DNA of 64,000 nucleotides from a virus: the IMG/VR virus record IMGVR_UViG_3300037840_000148, positions 32,001 through 96,000 of that record, one strand, 5' to 3'. This document shows positions 46,316 through 56,868 of the stretch, in pieces. Position 1 is the first letter of the stretch, and each line of letters opens with the position of its first letter. A program made the translations under genes and the position numbers. The notes beneath the pieces were generated by a model. It was not told the origin of the DNA. It searched no databases and worked only from the letters and a program-made list of their open reading frames with translations.

Positions 46316-49135
46316 TTATTTTACGGGACAAATCCCGCCCTCACATTCCAAACCGTCTAGTCCGTCGCCTTCATCAATCCTGTCAATGTCGATAGGCTTG
46401 ATTTTTTCTGACAACTGCTCGAATTGTTCTTTGGTAATTTTTTCCTTTGGAGCCTGTGCAAAACCGTGATCATTATGACATAGAAAGCTGATAGATTTAA
46501 CTTCCTTTAAGTTATCTTGAACCCAATCCTTGATTTTATTAATTTCATTTTTATTATAGTAAACAGAAACAGATACACTTTGGTCGCTCCAATGCTTCTG
46601 TGCCATCTTATAGATATCCAACTGCTTCCACGTATCCCAGTCCTCGTCTGCGACTGGTGAGCCGTCAGGAGCTTTGACATAAAAATCAACTACAAGCGTC
46701 CCGTGATCTAACGTACCGTCGAGTTTCTTGACTGGCTCAATGCGGTGCCCGGCATTTCTCAGAAGCGGAATCAGGCTGTCATTCGCAGCAAACCTGATAC
46801 GTTGAATAATATATCGACTGTATGCCGCGTGGATACCCTCATAGCCATTCATATCAAGAACCTTCGACACCGTGCCTGACGGCTTAATGACTGTCGTTCG
46901 AATACTCTTCGGTATTCCGAGTTCTTTCGAGTATTTTACATTCTCTTTCTGGATAGCTTCATAAGCCCGGTCCAAAATATCCGGGGTGAACAGCGATGAA
47001 GCAAGGCAGCCAGTAATACCAGTCCCGACACGCCTGTTACGATCAATGACTTCTTGGATTTCTTCATGATGATATTTCTCCATCGTGACGCGCTTACCGT
47101 ACCTATGCATCAAAACGGCAGCGCGAATAAACTCTTCTTCTGATTCCAAATTAGGCAAAGCTATTTCCTGCAAATTACAAGGCTCGTTAGGCTCAAGCGT
47201 GGCTTCGCCACATTGGCCAGTTACCACGCCGTTAAAACAACCTAAATGACGTAAGGGCTCATTAAAGCAATAAACAAAATCGGCTATTCCGGCGTCAGAT
47301 ATCTGAACAACTTGATTAAATCTAGAAGCATTACGATTAGGTTTAAAGTTAAGTATTTTAAGTCTTTCACAAACTAACCCGATTTTAATAAGGTTCTGAA
47401 CATCCTCAGAACAAATCATCAATCGATATAAATCCTGACAGTAATAATCTTTGTATCCTCCACAACCATCCGGCAAACTACGCATACCTTCACGCTCATC
47501 TTTATTTATCTTCGTCATTATCCCACAAGTCGTCAACATCATTTGTAACTCTAATAAAAACTTCTTATTAATAGATGATACTTGAACGCCGCCTTCTAGA
47601 GTAACAGTACCATCGCCGTCCATCAATCCGGCCAACCAATCCAATCGACTTTTAAGGCCCCACTCAAAGGGCACGAAAGATTTAGGTAGTTTATCAAAAT
47701 TGGGATAAAGGGCAACTCTGCCGGAAGCATCGGCTTTACGAATGTTTCTATAGCCTAATCGATCTAAACACCCCGATTTTTCAGGATAGACATAAAAATA
47801 ATTATAATCATCCATTCCTTCGGCCGATATGAATCCTTGTGTATACGCCCAACTAACAATTTTTTCATTATCCAAAATCGGGAAATTTGTCTTAATTAAT
47901 TTCATACCAATTTTCAAATTTTCAGCTTTGACTTTTTTGGTGCCCCCTTTATAATCTGTAGAAACTACAAAAACATGATGGGGAGTGCAAGTCAACGACT
48001 GTCCAGAACTAAAATTTATTGCCAACAACGGCTGTTGTTCACCTGTAATTTTAGGTCGAACCTTAGACCACTCAAACCCATTCCACACCATTATTTCTTT
48101 ATCAATCAAACTTTCTATTGATAAATATCCTTTTGATGTTAAAACTAACGTATCGCCCGACACGCAAGGATTTACTCCTTCCGCCGAGTCTGATTTAGAT
48201 TCTCCCATCCGACCAAATTTCTGGATTGCCTTCCGGTTGATTATTCCGAATGCCTCGCCTTGCTCAAACGTCTTCCAAAATAACGGATGCAAATCATCAT
48301 AATCATCACAAACGACAGAATAATTAGCGCATGAACGATAGCTAGGCAGAAGCCCGAGATCCCAACGCTTCGCCTTTAGATACTCTTTATCCCAACAATC
48401 ACCAAGGATTATGATAGCCGACCTACGGACGTTGCCGGATACAACCATTTCGCCTGTACACGTAACGATATCCGCGGCGTCTATCGGACGGATATGATTA
48501 CCCGCCCGGTCATTCAAAATACTAGATAAATTACTGACAAATTGGATTAATGGAATCGGGCCTGATGCCAAACCACCAAAACCTTTGATTAATTCCCCCG
48601 AGCCTCTGAGACAATATGTTGAATAACAAAAAGATTTCCCTGTGACAAAATATGATTCCATGACGCGTCGAGTCAGTTCACACCAACCCTCACGGGAGTC
48701 AGGAACAATAAAGTCAGCGTCTTTCGTGTGCTTATGAGTAATTTTGACGTCCTTCTTGACCTTTGGAAGTTTACTCGTAAACCGATGCTCGACACTCATA
48801 CCGACGCCGCCGCCTAACATCAATAAATCTTGAGCACGAACGAAATTTTCCCAGCGAATTGAATTGAGATACCAACAATTATTTAAAGCCACGCCACCGA
48901 TAGCCGCATGCGCCGGACTACCAGAAAACCACAAACCTCGGCCTGCCGGAATAGCCTTCCGCTCAATTCCAAAACGCAGGAGATCTTTGACTTCCTGTTC
49001 TGGGACATTATGACCTTTGACGTTTCCCATAATCGTCCGCTCGATTATTTCCTGCCAATTTTCTAATTTGCCTGTATCTTTTCTGGCGTATGTCCGACGC
49101 GTAACAATCGCTGCTAGATTACTCCAATCCGTCAT
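46316..49135 (-). CDS. nrdJ: Class II (B12-dependent) ribonucleotide reductase with intein
   Basis: RTYAR, PAGRGLW, NC, LMLGGGVG, DSREGW, GNVRRSA, NP/CGE, KPSGT, C-terminal CEGGICP. Confidence 0.93.
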   Translation of the reverse strand: MTDWSNLAAIVTRRTYARKDTGKLENWQEIIERTIMGNVKGHNVPEQEVKDLLRFGIERKAIPAGRGLWFSGSPAHAAIGGVALNNCWYLNSIRWENFVRAQDLLMLGGGVGMSVEHRFTSKLPKVKKDVKITHKHTKDADFIVPDSREGWCELTRRVMESYFVTGKSFCYSTYCLRGSGELIKGFGGLASGPIPLIQFVSNLSSILNDRAGNHIRPIDAADIVTCTGEMVVSGNVRRSAIIILGDCWDKEYLKAKRWDLGLLPSYRSCANYSVVCDDYDDLHPLFWKTFEQGEAFGIINRKAIQKFGRMGESKSDSAEGVNPCVSGDTLVLTSKGYLSIESLIDKEIMVWNGFEWSKVRPKITGEQQPLLAINFSSGQSLTCTPHHVFVVSTDYKGGTKKVKAENLKIGMKLIKTNFPILDNEKIVSWAYTQGFISAEGMDDYNYFYVYPEKSGCLDRLGYRNIRKADASGRVALYPNFDKLPKSFVPFEWGLKSRLDWLAGLMDGDGTVTLEGGVQVSSINKKFLLELQMMLTTCGIMTKINKDEREGMRSLPDGCGGYKDYYCQDLYRLMICSEDVQNLIKIGLVCERLKILNFKPNRNASRFNQVVQISDAGIADFVYCFNEPLRHLGCFNGVVTGQCGEATLEPNEPCNLQEIALPNLESEEEFIRAAVLMHRYGKRVTMEKYHHEEIQEVIDRNRRVGTGITGCLASSLFTPDILDRAYEAIQKENVKYSKELGIPKSIRTTVIKPSGTVSKVLDMNGYEGIHAAYSRYIIQRIRFAANDSLIPLLRNAGHRIEPVKKLDGTLDHGTLVVDFYVKAPDGSPVADEDWDTWKQLDIYKMAQKHWSDQSVSVSVYYNKNEINKIKDWVQDNLKEVKSISFLCHNDHGFAQAPKEKITKEQFEQLSEKIKPIDIDRIDEGDGLDGLECEGGICPVK
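47213..48166 (-). mobile_element. Intein in RNR (318 aa) with LAGLIDADG endonuclease
   Basis: Starts CVSGDT, TPHH, LAGLMDGDG, ends FNGVVTGQ before catalytic Cys. Confidence 0.92.
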
Positions 49136-49803
49136 CGTGGCTTCCTCAGATTATCAATTTGTCGTGCGTTCGGTTCTATATCGTCATACAAAATCGGTAT
49201 TCTTTCTTTAAATTCGGCTAACAACGGAATCGTGACTCGACGAAAATCGGGGTGTGTTTCTTTGCTGGTTCTCATTAGAAGAAAATGATGCCAGTTTCTT
49301 AAATTCCCCGTCACGGCAATCGTGCTTGCAAGACTGTTAGGTAAAACAGATCTGGCTTCTTGCGGTCTGACACCCGCGTCTAATAAACGAAAATATTCGT
49401 GCTCACAACTTTGACATGCGTTATGCCAGACAATTTTTATTCCGCCGTTTTCACTATTTTTTATTTCCTCTGGCTCAATAAACTCCAAACCGTCCGGATA
49501 GCTTTTCCTGCCGTTTACAAATCGCGTCGACTCTTGTGTAAAACTAAACAATCTATGCCTAACTAGCTCGTGTGTTATTCCGCGGTCGACACGAAACAGA
49601 ACGGTTGCAGACTCATGCTCAACAACTGACCAATCTCCGTGCTCCATCACGACTGCCGGAATAAAACGTTTCCAAGAATCTAGTGTTTGTTTGTCTTCCG
49701 ACCTGTGACTAATCCTAGCCATCAATTCTATAAACTGTAATTGTCCGATCCCTTCGTCTGGACCGGGATGGACTATTTCTGCGCTCGGTTCTATTATTTT
49801 CAT
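49132..49803 (-). CDS. thyX: FAD-dependent thymidylate synthase
   Basis: EH, THELVRHR..SFTQESTRF, ARSVLP, NLRNW. Confidence 0.95.
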   Translation of the reverse strand: MKIIEPSAEIVHPGPDEGIGQLQFIELMARISHRSEDKQTLDSWKRFIPAVVMEHGDWSVVEHESATVLFRVDRGITHELVRHRLFSFTQESTRFVNGRKSYPDGLEFIEPEEIKNSENGGIKIVWHNACQSCEHEYFRLLDAGVRPQEARSVLPNSLASTIAVTGNLRNWHHFLLMRTSKETHPDFRRVTIPLLAEFKERIPILYDDIEPNARQIDNLRKPR

Positions 49804-51833
49804 TAATCATCCCCCTCTTCCGGAGCCTGCAATAAAGTCACAACCTTTGGGTCTGTCTTCGTGCCTTTCCCCGTAACTACAATCTGACCTGCTGTAATGA
49901 GACCTTTAAACGACGTACCCCACAAACTAGTTCCGTAACGCTCCGGATGGAGATGCCTTTTTATATCTCGGTGCGTCGACATCCCGCCCGGTTGACTCAA
50001 TAAGTAATCGACTATTTCGTTTTGAATTCCGGCTTCTCTTGTTATCGACTCATTTGGACGGAGTTTTTTCTTGACGGCTTGCTCATATTCAACTAAAGCT
50101 AATCCGCGTTCGATACACTCCTCGTCAATCTCATCCCGGCCGAGGTCTACCGCGAAATACAAAGCAAATTTCTCTGCCCTGATTTCCTGTCTGTTTTCTA
50201 GTGCGTTCGGACCTGTCATCCTGTCTGCCAACGGTGACGAATCTGTGATTTTATAAACACCTTTCTGGATGGCGCGATCTATCAATTTTCTTGTTTCCAT
50301 TGCACCCTCCTGTGTATTAACCGCGACTGGCGGCGTGACGTCCTTCAACTTTTCTGGTTGATAAAGAAAAAACATCCTGTCGTTCAGACCACTCGTGACG
50401 CCGGACATTTTGCCCCACAATGTTTTGAAGTTCCTGTCAGTACAGCAGGCAATCAGGCTCGTGCAATACGTCCCGGGGTCAAGTGAATACGTTTCCTTCC
50501 GTGATTTAATCATATTAGAAAACTTATCGCCTTCATACAACGTCAAAAGATTTGAAACGAGCGTACTGCCTTCAATCCCGGCTTTATTCGTCAGGACTGA
50601 AAGTTCGTCGTAAAATAGCACGAAGTTTTTACAGTTGACACGTTGAGCCTCAATACCTAATCCCTCGGGACTACCCGCTGTGAATATCAACGTCTTGCCT
50701 TCCGCATTACGGATTGTCGGGCCGCCGTGTTCAAGCAATCCCATGAACGTAAAGTACCGCATTGCGTCCTTGACACTCGACGACTTAATTACTCGGCCCT
50801 TCTGCCCAATCAAGACAATGAACAGGCTTGGGTTAATTTCTTTTCCCTCAATTCGGACTCTCGTGCCGAGATAATTTAACATTAAAGTTATAGCTGGCAT
50901 CGCCATAAATTCTTCATATCGACTATTCTTTTCACAAAATGGACGAACCAAACCATTATATATCGACGTGCCTTGTAACGTCCAAATAGGAAAGCGAGGG
51001 TAAGGCGGAATAATAAATTCCTGCTTCTCTTCCGCTTCCTCGACAGCGATTTCTTCCTGCTGACCGCCGACCAAAACGATATTATTCTTGACTTCATATT
51101 TCCCGACAGACTTCGCCATTGCGCGGACTTTATCGTCGTCAATCGGACCTTGGCAATTTTCATGTACCTTGCGAAGCAGGACAGTTTCTATTTCATCGAC
51201 TTCCAGACCTAATGCACGGAGTTTTCCGGCTTCGGTCAACATGTATGAGTGAATCATTCCATGTTGAATTAGTCCGGTTGGTTTCGGCTCTTCTTTTGTT
51301 TCTATCTTGTCTGATTTTTGGGCACGCAACCAATCAAGAAGCCAAATTGGCGCTTCCGCGATATCCGCAGTAGAAACAACTTCGTATGGAAGTCCGGTTG
51401 CTGGATGCAAAGAATTCGCGGCGACTACATATTGGTTCTCAACGCGAAGACTGAAATCGGCATTCTTGACATTTCCTTGAGCTAAGTTGCCGAGTTGTAA
51501 ACTTTCTATTCGTTGTTTGAAGTAGGCGTGTCCACGCCCGACGCGACTTCGAATTCGATATGTCTTAGGAAATTTCTGGCCTGTTTCGGCTTCGATTCGA
51601 GGAATAACGGATGGATCATCTACTTCAAGAAAGAATACACCACCTAATTGCGGAAGCGCGACTGCGGCGCAATTAGCGTCTGGTGTTTCTTCATTCCATT
51701 TCTTGATAATTTCTAAATCCGTCGTGGCGAGCGCAGGCCAATTATTATCCATTGCGACCTTTGAGTTAGGATGCAGACGTATAACTGGGACTCCACGGGC
51801 AATAGTAACGGCGGCTTTTTCCAAAAAATTCAA
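49803..51833 (-). CDS. Bifunctional primase-polymerase fused to helicase-like domain
   Basis: ATTD..I..W, EVD, GHAYF, YVVA..SLHP.TG..Y; C-terminal FYDEL. Confidence 0.8.
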   Translation of the reverse strand: MNFLEKAAVTIARGVPVIRLHPNSKVAMDNNWPALATTDLEIIKKWNEETPDANCAAVALPQLGGVFFLEVDDPSVIPRIEAETGQKFPKTYRIRSRVGRGHAYFKQRIESLQLGNLAQGNVKNADFSLRVENQYVVAANSLHPATGLPYEVVSTADIAEAPIWLLDWLRAQKSDKIETKEEPKPTGLIQHGMIHSYMLTEAGKLRALGLEVDEIETVLLRKVHENCQGPIDDDKVRAMAKSVGKYEVKNNIVLVGGQQEEIAVEEAEEKQEFIIPPYPRFPIWTLQGTSIYNGLVRPFCEKNSRYEEFMAMPAITLMLNYLGTRVRIEGKEINPSLFIVLIGQKGRVIKSSSVKDAMRYFTFMGLLEHGGPTIRNAEGKTLIFTAGSPEGLGIEAQRVNCKNFVLFYDELSVLTNKAGIEGSTLVSNLLTLYEGDKFSNMIKSRKETYSLDPGTYCTSLIACCTDRNFKTLWGKMSGVTSGLNDRMFFLYQPEKLKDVTPPVAVNTQEGAMETRKLIDRAIQKGVYKITDSSPLADRMTGPNALENRQEIRAEKFALYFAVDLGRDEIDEECIERGLALVEYEQAVKKKLRPNESITREAGIQNEIVDYLLSQPGGMSTHRDIKRHLHPERYGTSLWGTSFKGLITAGQIVVTGKGTKTDPKVVTLLQAPEEGDD

Positions 51834-52381
51834 AGATTATTCTCTTTTCTCAAAACCCAAATAAGCCATCGAGAAACATTAAACTTCTTAGACGTTTCCG
51901 AAATTGTATGCTTAATAGAAAACCTAAAAATTTTCTTACGAAATAATAAAGAATATTTTAATGGTGCTTTAAAAGGAGGAATGTTAAATTCTCTCTGCCA
52001 ACGAGTTAATGATTCTACGTTTACCATAAATTTTAGGCGGGCTTTACGTCGGCCAACTTTAGAAGCGTATTTGGCAGCTTTTAATCGGAACTTTTCAGGA
52101 TATCTAAAAAGTTCTTGACACAAAGAAATCATTCTCTGATTACATAATGTACAAAGAGGTATATACTTATTTTTAGGATTTTTCATCCGAAGCACTTTAA
52201 AATAAAGACTACGACCCCTAAATTTATCTTTCTTTAAATGTCCTATTTGAATATCTCCGATTGATAAAAATTTTTTACTTATTGGACAAGGTTTTCCTCC
52301 TAATTTTTTCAAACCCTCGCAATATAAAAATCTACCACAAAGACGCCAAACAGCCTCTTCTCTAAAATAAGACGTATCCAT
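51830..52381 (-). CDS. Putative HNH-like endonuclease / DNA-binding protein
   Basis: IGH..LCTLCN; very AT-rich and basic; own promoter. Confidence 0.5.
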   Translation of the reverse strand: MDTSYFREEAVWRLCGRFLYCEGLKKLGGKPCPISKKFLSIGDIQIGHLKKDKFRGRSLYFKVLRMKNPKNKYIPLCTLCNQRMISLCQELFRYPEKFRLKAAKYASKVGRRKARLKFMVNVESLTRWQREFNIPPFKAPLKYSLLFRKKIFRFSIKHTISETSKKFNVSRWLIWVLRKENNL

Positions 52382-52395
52382 TATTCACCTTAAGG

Positions 52396-52424
52396 ATTAT
52401 ACTTCAGTCTCTCCTGAAAGTCAA
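52396..52424 (-). promoter_or_regulatory. sigma70 promoter
   Basis: TTGACT-N17-TATAAT. Confidence 0.7.
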
Positions 52425-52453
52425 GTCTTATTTAGGTGACTTTCCCTTTATAC

Positions 52454-53005
52454 TTAAAAAGGTATTTCAGAATCGTCTACTGCAACCGCGGCAGATGCAG
52501 CATGCGTCTGAGTCTGTACCGCTGTACCACCTACCTTTGCTGCAGCCCGTGCGGCAATCTTCTTCGGGTCATCTTTGTCACGAATGAACCCTGCGGGTGC
52601 TGTCGGTGGCGTCTTACCGGCTGGCACCGGCATGAAGCCCTTGATATTTGTGAACTCGCCTTCTTTAGCAAGGAATAGCGCGTTGCTACGTCCGACGAGA
52701 TCTTCCGTGTTGAAAGGCACAGGAGGTGCGCCTTGGAAAACGCCTTCACAGATTTCGTAAAGACGGCTTTTCTTTGTATTGCCGCCGCCGTCACTCAACT
52801 TCGCGGTCGGTTGTTCGATGATGCGGTACGGATGTCCTTCTGAATCGTTCCGATCCAAAACCCACACAATCCTGACGCGAACTTGCGGGTCAGGAAACTT
52901 CGGGTTCTTGGATGCGACGAGTCCTAATTCAACTACGTCGATGATTGTCCCGAGAAATACTCCTGCGTCCGGCTTTTCAAATTTACGTCCCTTGTCGATA
53001 ATCAT
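52454..53005 (-). CDS. Single-stranded DNA-binding protein-like
   Basis: OB-fold-like pattern, acidic tail DDSEIPF, next to primase. Confidence 0.7.
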   Translation of the reverse strand: MIIDKGRKFEKPDAGVFLGTIIDVVELGLVASKNPKFPDPQVRVRIVWVLDRNDSEGHPYRIIEQPTAKLSDGGGNTKKSRLYEICEGVFQGAPPVPFNTEDLVGRSNALFLAKEGEFTNIKGFMPVPAGKTPPTAPAGFIRDKDDPKKIAARAAAKVGGTAVQTQTHAASAAVAVDDSEIPF

Positions 53006-53047
53006 AACTCTCCTTGTTTGCGCTGTGCGCTCTGAGTTTTTACTACT

Positions 53048-53743
53048 TTACTTACTTTCAACAGTTGTTGAAACTGTCGAATCTGGTGAAACTTCCTGCT
53101 TAGCCTTAATTCGATCCTCGGCTGTAAAATTAACCGCACAAGGATCAAAACTTGATGGAGCATACTTCCATACATCCGTTAATGCCGCGACACTTCCCGT
53201 TGCTGATCGCATACCTTTCGCGCCGACATACGACAATGAATGACCGGCATTGATGTTATACGAACTTCCAGTCAAAACGGCGTCTTGATTAGCTGCTAGG
53301 AATACAAATAACCACTTGTATGTTTCTGTCTGTTGTTTAATCAGCGCGGCGACAGATTCATGATTAAATTCCCGGCTTGAGTTTTCCTCGCCGTCCGTAA
53401 GAATCACAACGATAACTTTACCCGGCCGTTCTGCTTCCGGAAGTTTAGCTAGCCGTGTACCAAGTTCTGTCACGGTCCAGCCGATTGCGTCATGCAGCGG
53501 TGTTCCGCCACGAGGGACGTAATTGTATGGACTGATATAAACCGCGTCCTTAATTTTTCCATCTGACACAACATCGTGCGGGCCTTCTGTGTCAAATTGA
53601 ACGAACAGAAGATTGATATCATCGCCCGAATCTTGTTGCTGCTTGATGTAACCGTTGAAAGCCTCAATTGTGGCTTCGCGGACGGTTGCCATCGAGCCTG
53701 ACCTGTCTAAAACGATTGCGATTTGTGTTAAGTTTTCTTTCAT
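53048..53743 (-). CDS. vWA domain protein
   Basis: LDRSGSM (MIDAS), TPLHDAIG, TDGEENSS. Confidence 0.9.
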   Translation of the reverse strand: MKENLTQIAIVLDRSGSMATVREATIEAFNGYIKQQQDSGDDINLLFVQFDTEGPHDVVSDGKIKDAVYISPYNYVPRGGTPLHDAIGWTVTELGTRLAKLPEAERPGKVIVVILTDGEENSSREFNHESVAALIKQQTETYKWLFVFLAANQDAVLTGSSYNINAGHSLSYVGAKGMRSATGSVAALTDVWKYAPSSFDPCAVNFTAEDRIKAKQEVSPDSTVSTTVESK

Positions 53744-53752
53744 TTCTTCTCC

Positions 53753-54493
53753 TTATAAGTCTTGAAATTCCTCGATATTTTCCCTGTGAACCGAGACATC
53801 AAACGGTAAATCCTTAACAAAATTTTCTAAATCAATTTCTTTGCACCACTTCCACCACACGGTTCGAGACGGATACCACCTGAATCGCGCCTTCTTCGCT
53901 AATTCATTTTCATGCCGTGCTTGATGGGCTTGAACGACTACCATCGGGGATTTGGCACGCTCGATGATTTTATTCAAATCATATTTCTCAATTAATTTCA
54001 ACGCCGTTTGGCAATCCGCCAACGCCGAATGTGCCCAATAATTTAAAAATCCGGCATTCGCAGCCATCAGCGTCAACTTACCGGGCTCATTTTCATTTCC
54101 AAATTCATCCATCTTAGGGAGGTCAGTGTACGTATCACACCACAGCTTCTCTGGTAATTCCACACCTTCACGAGCCGCCCACGCTTTAGTCATCCGTTTA
54201 TCAAATCGGACAACGTTGTGTCCTAAAACTAAATCCGCCGCAGACATCATGTCTGTCACGATTGCTAACGAATCACTACTATCAAAACCAAAACCGTCGA
54301 TGGCTGATTGATGTATGCCTGTCAACTTCGTGATCTCTGCCGATACTGGGACGTCTGCCTTGACTAGAAAACCTTGTGACTCAAGGCATTTCTTTTGACC
54401 TGTACTGTACAACACGGCCCCGACTTCTATTGGCCTGTCATTGACAAAGTCGAGGCCGGTTGTCTCAAGGTCGTAAGAAAAAATTATGCTCAA
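53753..54493 (-). CDS. DEDDh 3'-5' exonuclease (DnaQ-like)
   Basis: DLETTG, GHN..FD, HSALAD. Confidence 0.9.
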   Translation of the reverse strand: MSIIFSYDLETTGLDFVNDRPIEVGAVLYSTGQKKCLESQGFLVKADVPVSAEITKLTGIHQSAIDGFGFDSSDSLAIVTDMMSAADLVLGHNVVRFDKRMTKAWAAREGVELPEKLWCDTYTDLPKMDEFGNENEPGKLTLMAANAGFLNYWAHSALADCQTALKLIEKYDLNKIIERAKSPMVVVQAHQARHENELAKKARFRWYPSRTVWWKWCKEIDLENFVKDLPFDVSVHRENIEEFQDL

Positions 54494-54843
54494 TTTGGTT
54501 TCACCAAAGTCCCGTTAATTAGTTGTGCCGTGCCATCAACGCCGACTGTCGGAATCTCTCCGATAATTTCCTTCGTCTTCGTGGATATGTGGCTCAGCAT
54601 GTGCAACGGGACCAAAATTCGGCTGTCTAGGGTCGGCTTTCCCGGGACTTCAACGCCGCCGGGGTCGCGGGGACAAATCATGCAGTGCTGGCCAACGAAG
54701 ACCTTACTCATTTCGTTGATGTTGTAGCGAAGCTCGTCTTCGTCTTTGACGTTCCAGATGAAATCGGCGAAGATTTCCTTCGGGAAATTCTCTGGACGAA
54801 TCTCTTCATTGACATGCCCGGTAAAACGAACGTAGTAAAACAC
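54490..54843 (-). CDS. Hypothetical protein
   Basis: 117 aa coupled ORF. Confidence 0.6.
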   Translation of the reverse strand: MFYYVRFTGHVNEEIRPENFPKEIFADFIWNVKDEDELRYNINEMSKVFVGQHCMICPRDPGGVEVPGKPTLDSRILVPLHMLSHISTKTKEIIGEIPTVGVDGTAQLINGTLVKPN

Positions 54844-54852
54844 TCAGCCCCC

Positions 54853-55137
54853 TTACTTCAATCGTCCTAGGATATCTTCTTCGCGAAGAATCAACAGCTT
54901 CTCTCCATCCAGTTCAATCTCCGTACCGCTGTACTTCCCGAATAACACTTTGTCACCAAATTTGACATCCAACGGCACGAACAGGTTATTAAGAACCTTC
55001 CCGGGGCCGACTGCGATAACGAGCCCTTGTTGAGGTTTCTCTTTGCCTGTCTCAGGAATAAACAGGCCGCCCGGCGTGACTTCGTCCGGATCAATTCGGC
55101 TTACAACTACGCGGTCTCCTAACGGATCTATCTGCAT
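54853..55137 (-). CDS. groES: Co-chaperonin GroES
   Basis: PLGDRVVV, TPGGLFIP, KEKPQQG.V.AVGPG, KYSGTE, EEDILG. Confidence 0.97.
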   Translation of the reverse strand: MQIDPLGDRVVVSRIDPDEVTPGGLFIPETGKEKPQQGLVIAVGPGKVLNNLFVPLDVKFGDKVLFGKYSGTEIELDGEKLLILREEDILGRLK

Positions 55138-55367
55138 TTTTCCTCCACAAATTTATTTATAAACTTCCTAGACATAAATTCATGACCTTTTAATTTTAAA
55201 ATTTTATATGCTATTTCTAGTGTCTGAAAAGTCCAATCTAATCCATTCACATCAATTACATCATACATAGCAAGAGCATCAATTTCATTAGGGACATACT
55301 CAGGGTGCTTTTTCATCCATTTCTGCGCCACCATTCGCTGACGTGTTTCTTCTATCGTTGTTCGCAT
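55128..55367 (-). CDS. Hypothetical protein
   Basis: 79 aa coupled ORF. Confidence 0.55.
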   Translation of the reverse strand: MRTTIEETRQRMVAQKWMKKHPEYVPNEIDALAMYDVIDVNGLDWTFQTLEIAYKILKLKGHEFMSRKFINKFVEEKCR

Positions 55368-55550
55368 TATTCTCTGGTTTGGCTTCCGAGATATTCAATT
55401 CCGTTTCTAACCTCGTCATCCGTCATGATTACAATAACGTCGTTGCCAAAAGCATTTTTTACCTCCATAATTTGAATATTAGCTTTTCTAGAAACAACCA
55501 ATACTGCTACTTCCGTTGGTTTCTTTTCTTTATTTTTAAAAAACATATCA

Positions 55551-55910
55551 TTATCCTAGATGCACCTTAGCAGGTGCTCCTTCCTTCATAGCCTTAGTTG
55601 CTTCTTCTCGCGCTTTGGCTGCTGCCGCGGCTGCCTCAATCTGGGCTTTAGCACTACCTTGCGCTAGATCGACCTTTGGTGCTTCCGGGATATTGTGCTG
55701 CTTTGTTTCAATCCCGGCTATCTCACAAAGATCACTGCAGTACCCAAACGTCACACCATCGCCTCGCAGGACAGGACGATACGACTTAATCCACGGATTT
55801 TCGTCGATGATTGTCTGTGGTAAATTACGATTCGGGATGACTTCAAACGTCACAGTCTTTTTACAGATGTCGCACGTCAAAGTGGTAAATTGTGTATCTA
55901 TTCTCGCCAT
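55551..55910 (-). CDS. Hypothetical zinc-finger protein
   Basis: CDIC..YCSDLC; SD AGGAG. Confidence 0.6.
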   Translation of the reverse strand: MARIDTQFTTLTCDICKKTVTFEVIPNRNLPQTIIDENPWIKSYRPVLRGDGVTFGYCSDLCEIAGIETKQHNIPEAPKVDLAQGSAKAQIEAAAAAAKAREEATKAMKEGAPAKVHLG

Positions 55911-55925
55911 TACTGTATTCTCCTA

Positions 55926-56324
55926 TTAGATATTATTTAAAAAATCCAAAGCTTCGTCCCAATTACTAACGTGATTCACTTCCGGCAAATGATGAAAGAT
56001 GTTTTCTTCTGGTCCTACTACTAGGATATTCTTACCCTTTGCTAAGGCATATCCAAACTCAACGTGCCTACCGCCTCGGACTGTCGGGATGGTCGGCTCG
56101 ACGGAATGAAAAACAAACCAATCCGCCAAATCGATATCACGAAGATCGTTATTGGCATAATCTGTCAGAGTATCAACGTGTATCTCGCTCATCTCTGTCC
56201 CGGGGTGATGCGTTTCTTCTAGCCACGTTGATGTCACGCCGATTCCGTTATTTCGGAAAATCTCGGCCTGCTCGGAGATTTCAAGCTTCTCGCTGTATCT
56301 GGCCGCTAGATATACTTTACACAT
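55926..56324 (-). CDS. Nucleoside 2-deoxyribosyltransferase-like protein
   Basis: VYLA, DLRDI..AD, G..VEFGYALA.GK. Confidence 0.75.
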   Translation of the reverse strand: MCKVYLAARYSEKLEISEQAEIFRNNGIGVTSTWLEETHHPGTEMSEIHVDTLTDYANNDLRDIDLADWFVFHSVEPTIPTVRGGRHVEFGYALAKGKNILVVGPEENIFHHLPEVNHVSNWDEALDFLNNI

Positions 56325-56868
56325 GCAAACCCCTTATGTACTCAACAATCGTGATAGCGATCTCGCCTGTCAAAACAGGATTCTTTGATACGATCTCGAA
56401 GTCGAAGTTATAATCGTCTAAATCTATTTCACTCGGATGATCTGCCGGTCTATCAGGCGCAACGTATCGTGTGCCATCTTGATTCAGACGAGTCATCCTG
56501 ATAAGATACCCGCCCTTCGCTTTAATGATGTCGCCTTCATTCTTATATCGGACATCCGGAATCACGACAATATCAGTTCCCTGCGGAATTGCCGCAAAAA
56601 CCTTTTTGATCCAATACTCAGGATCTTCTTGTCTTCGCGCATGACCGACTTTCTGAAGTAACGGTGCATCCTTGTCAGTCATGCCGTGCAATTCTCGGCA
56701 CTCACGATACAAAGCGTCCGCAAACCCAATCTTGACTACCTTCGGGCCGACGTATCGCAGGCCGTGTTTATACATCGCCTGCGAATGCGTCAAGTAGTAA
56801 TTAAGAATAGCTTCGGCTGCTGTATCTTTACCTTGCCTCGCTTTTGAACCGATGCCTACGATTATCAT
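56317..56868 (-). CDS. Deoxynucleoside monophosphate kinase
   Basis: G.KARQGKDTAA, FADAL, LLQ..G, DVRY.NE, H.SE. Confidence 0.88.
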   Translation of the reverse strand: MIIVGIGSKARQGKDTAAEAILNYYLTHSQAMYKHGLRYVGPKVVKIGFADALYRECRELHGMTDKDAPLLQKVGHARRQEDPEYWIKKVFAAIPQGTDIVVIPDVRYKNEGDIIKAKGGYLIRMTRLNQDGTRYVAPDRPADHPSEIDLDDYNFDFEIVSKNPVLTGEIAITIVEYIRGLHV

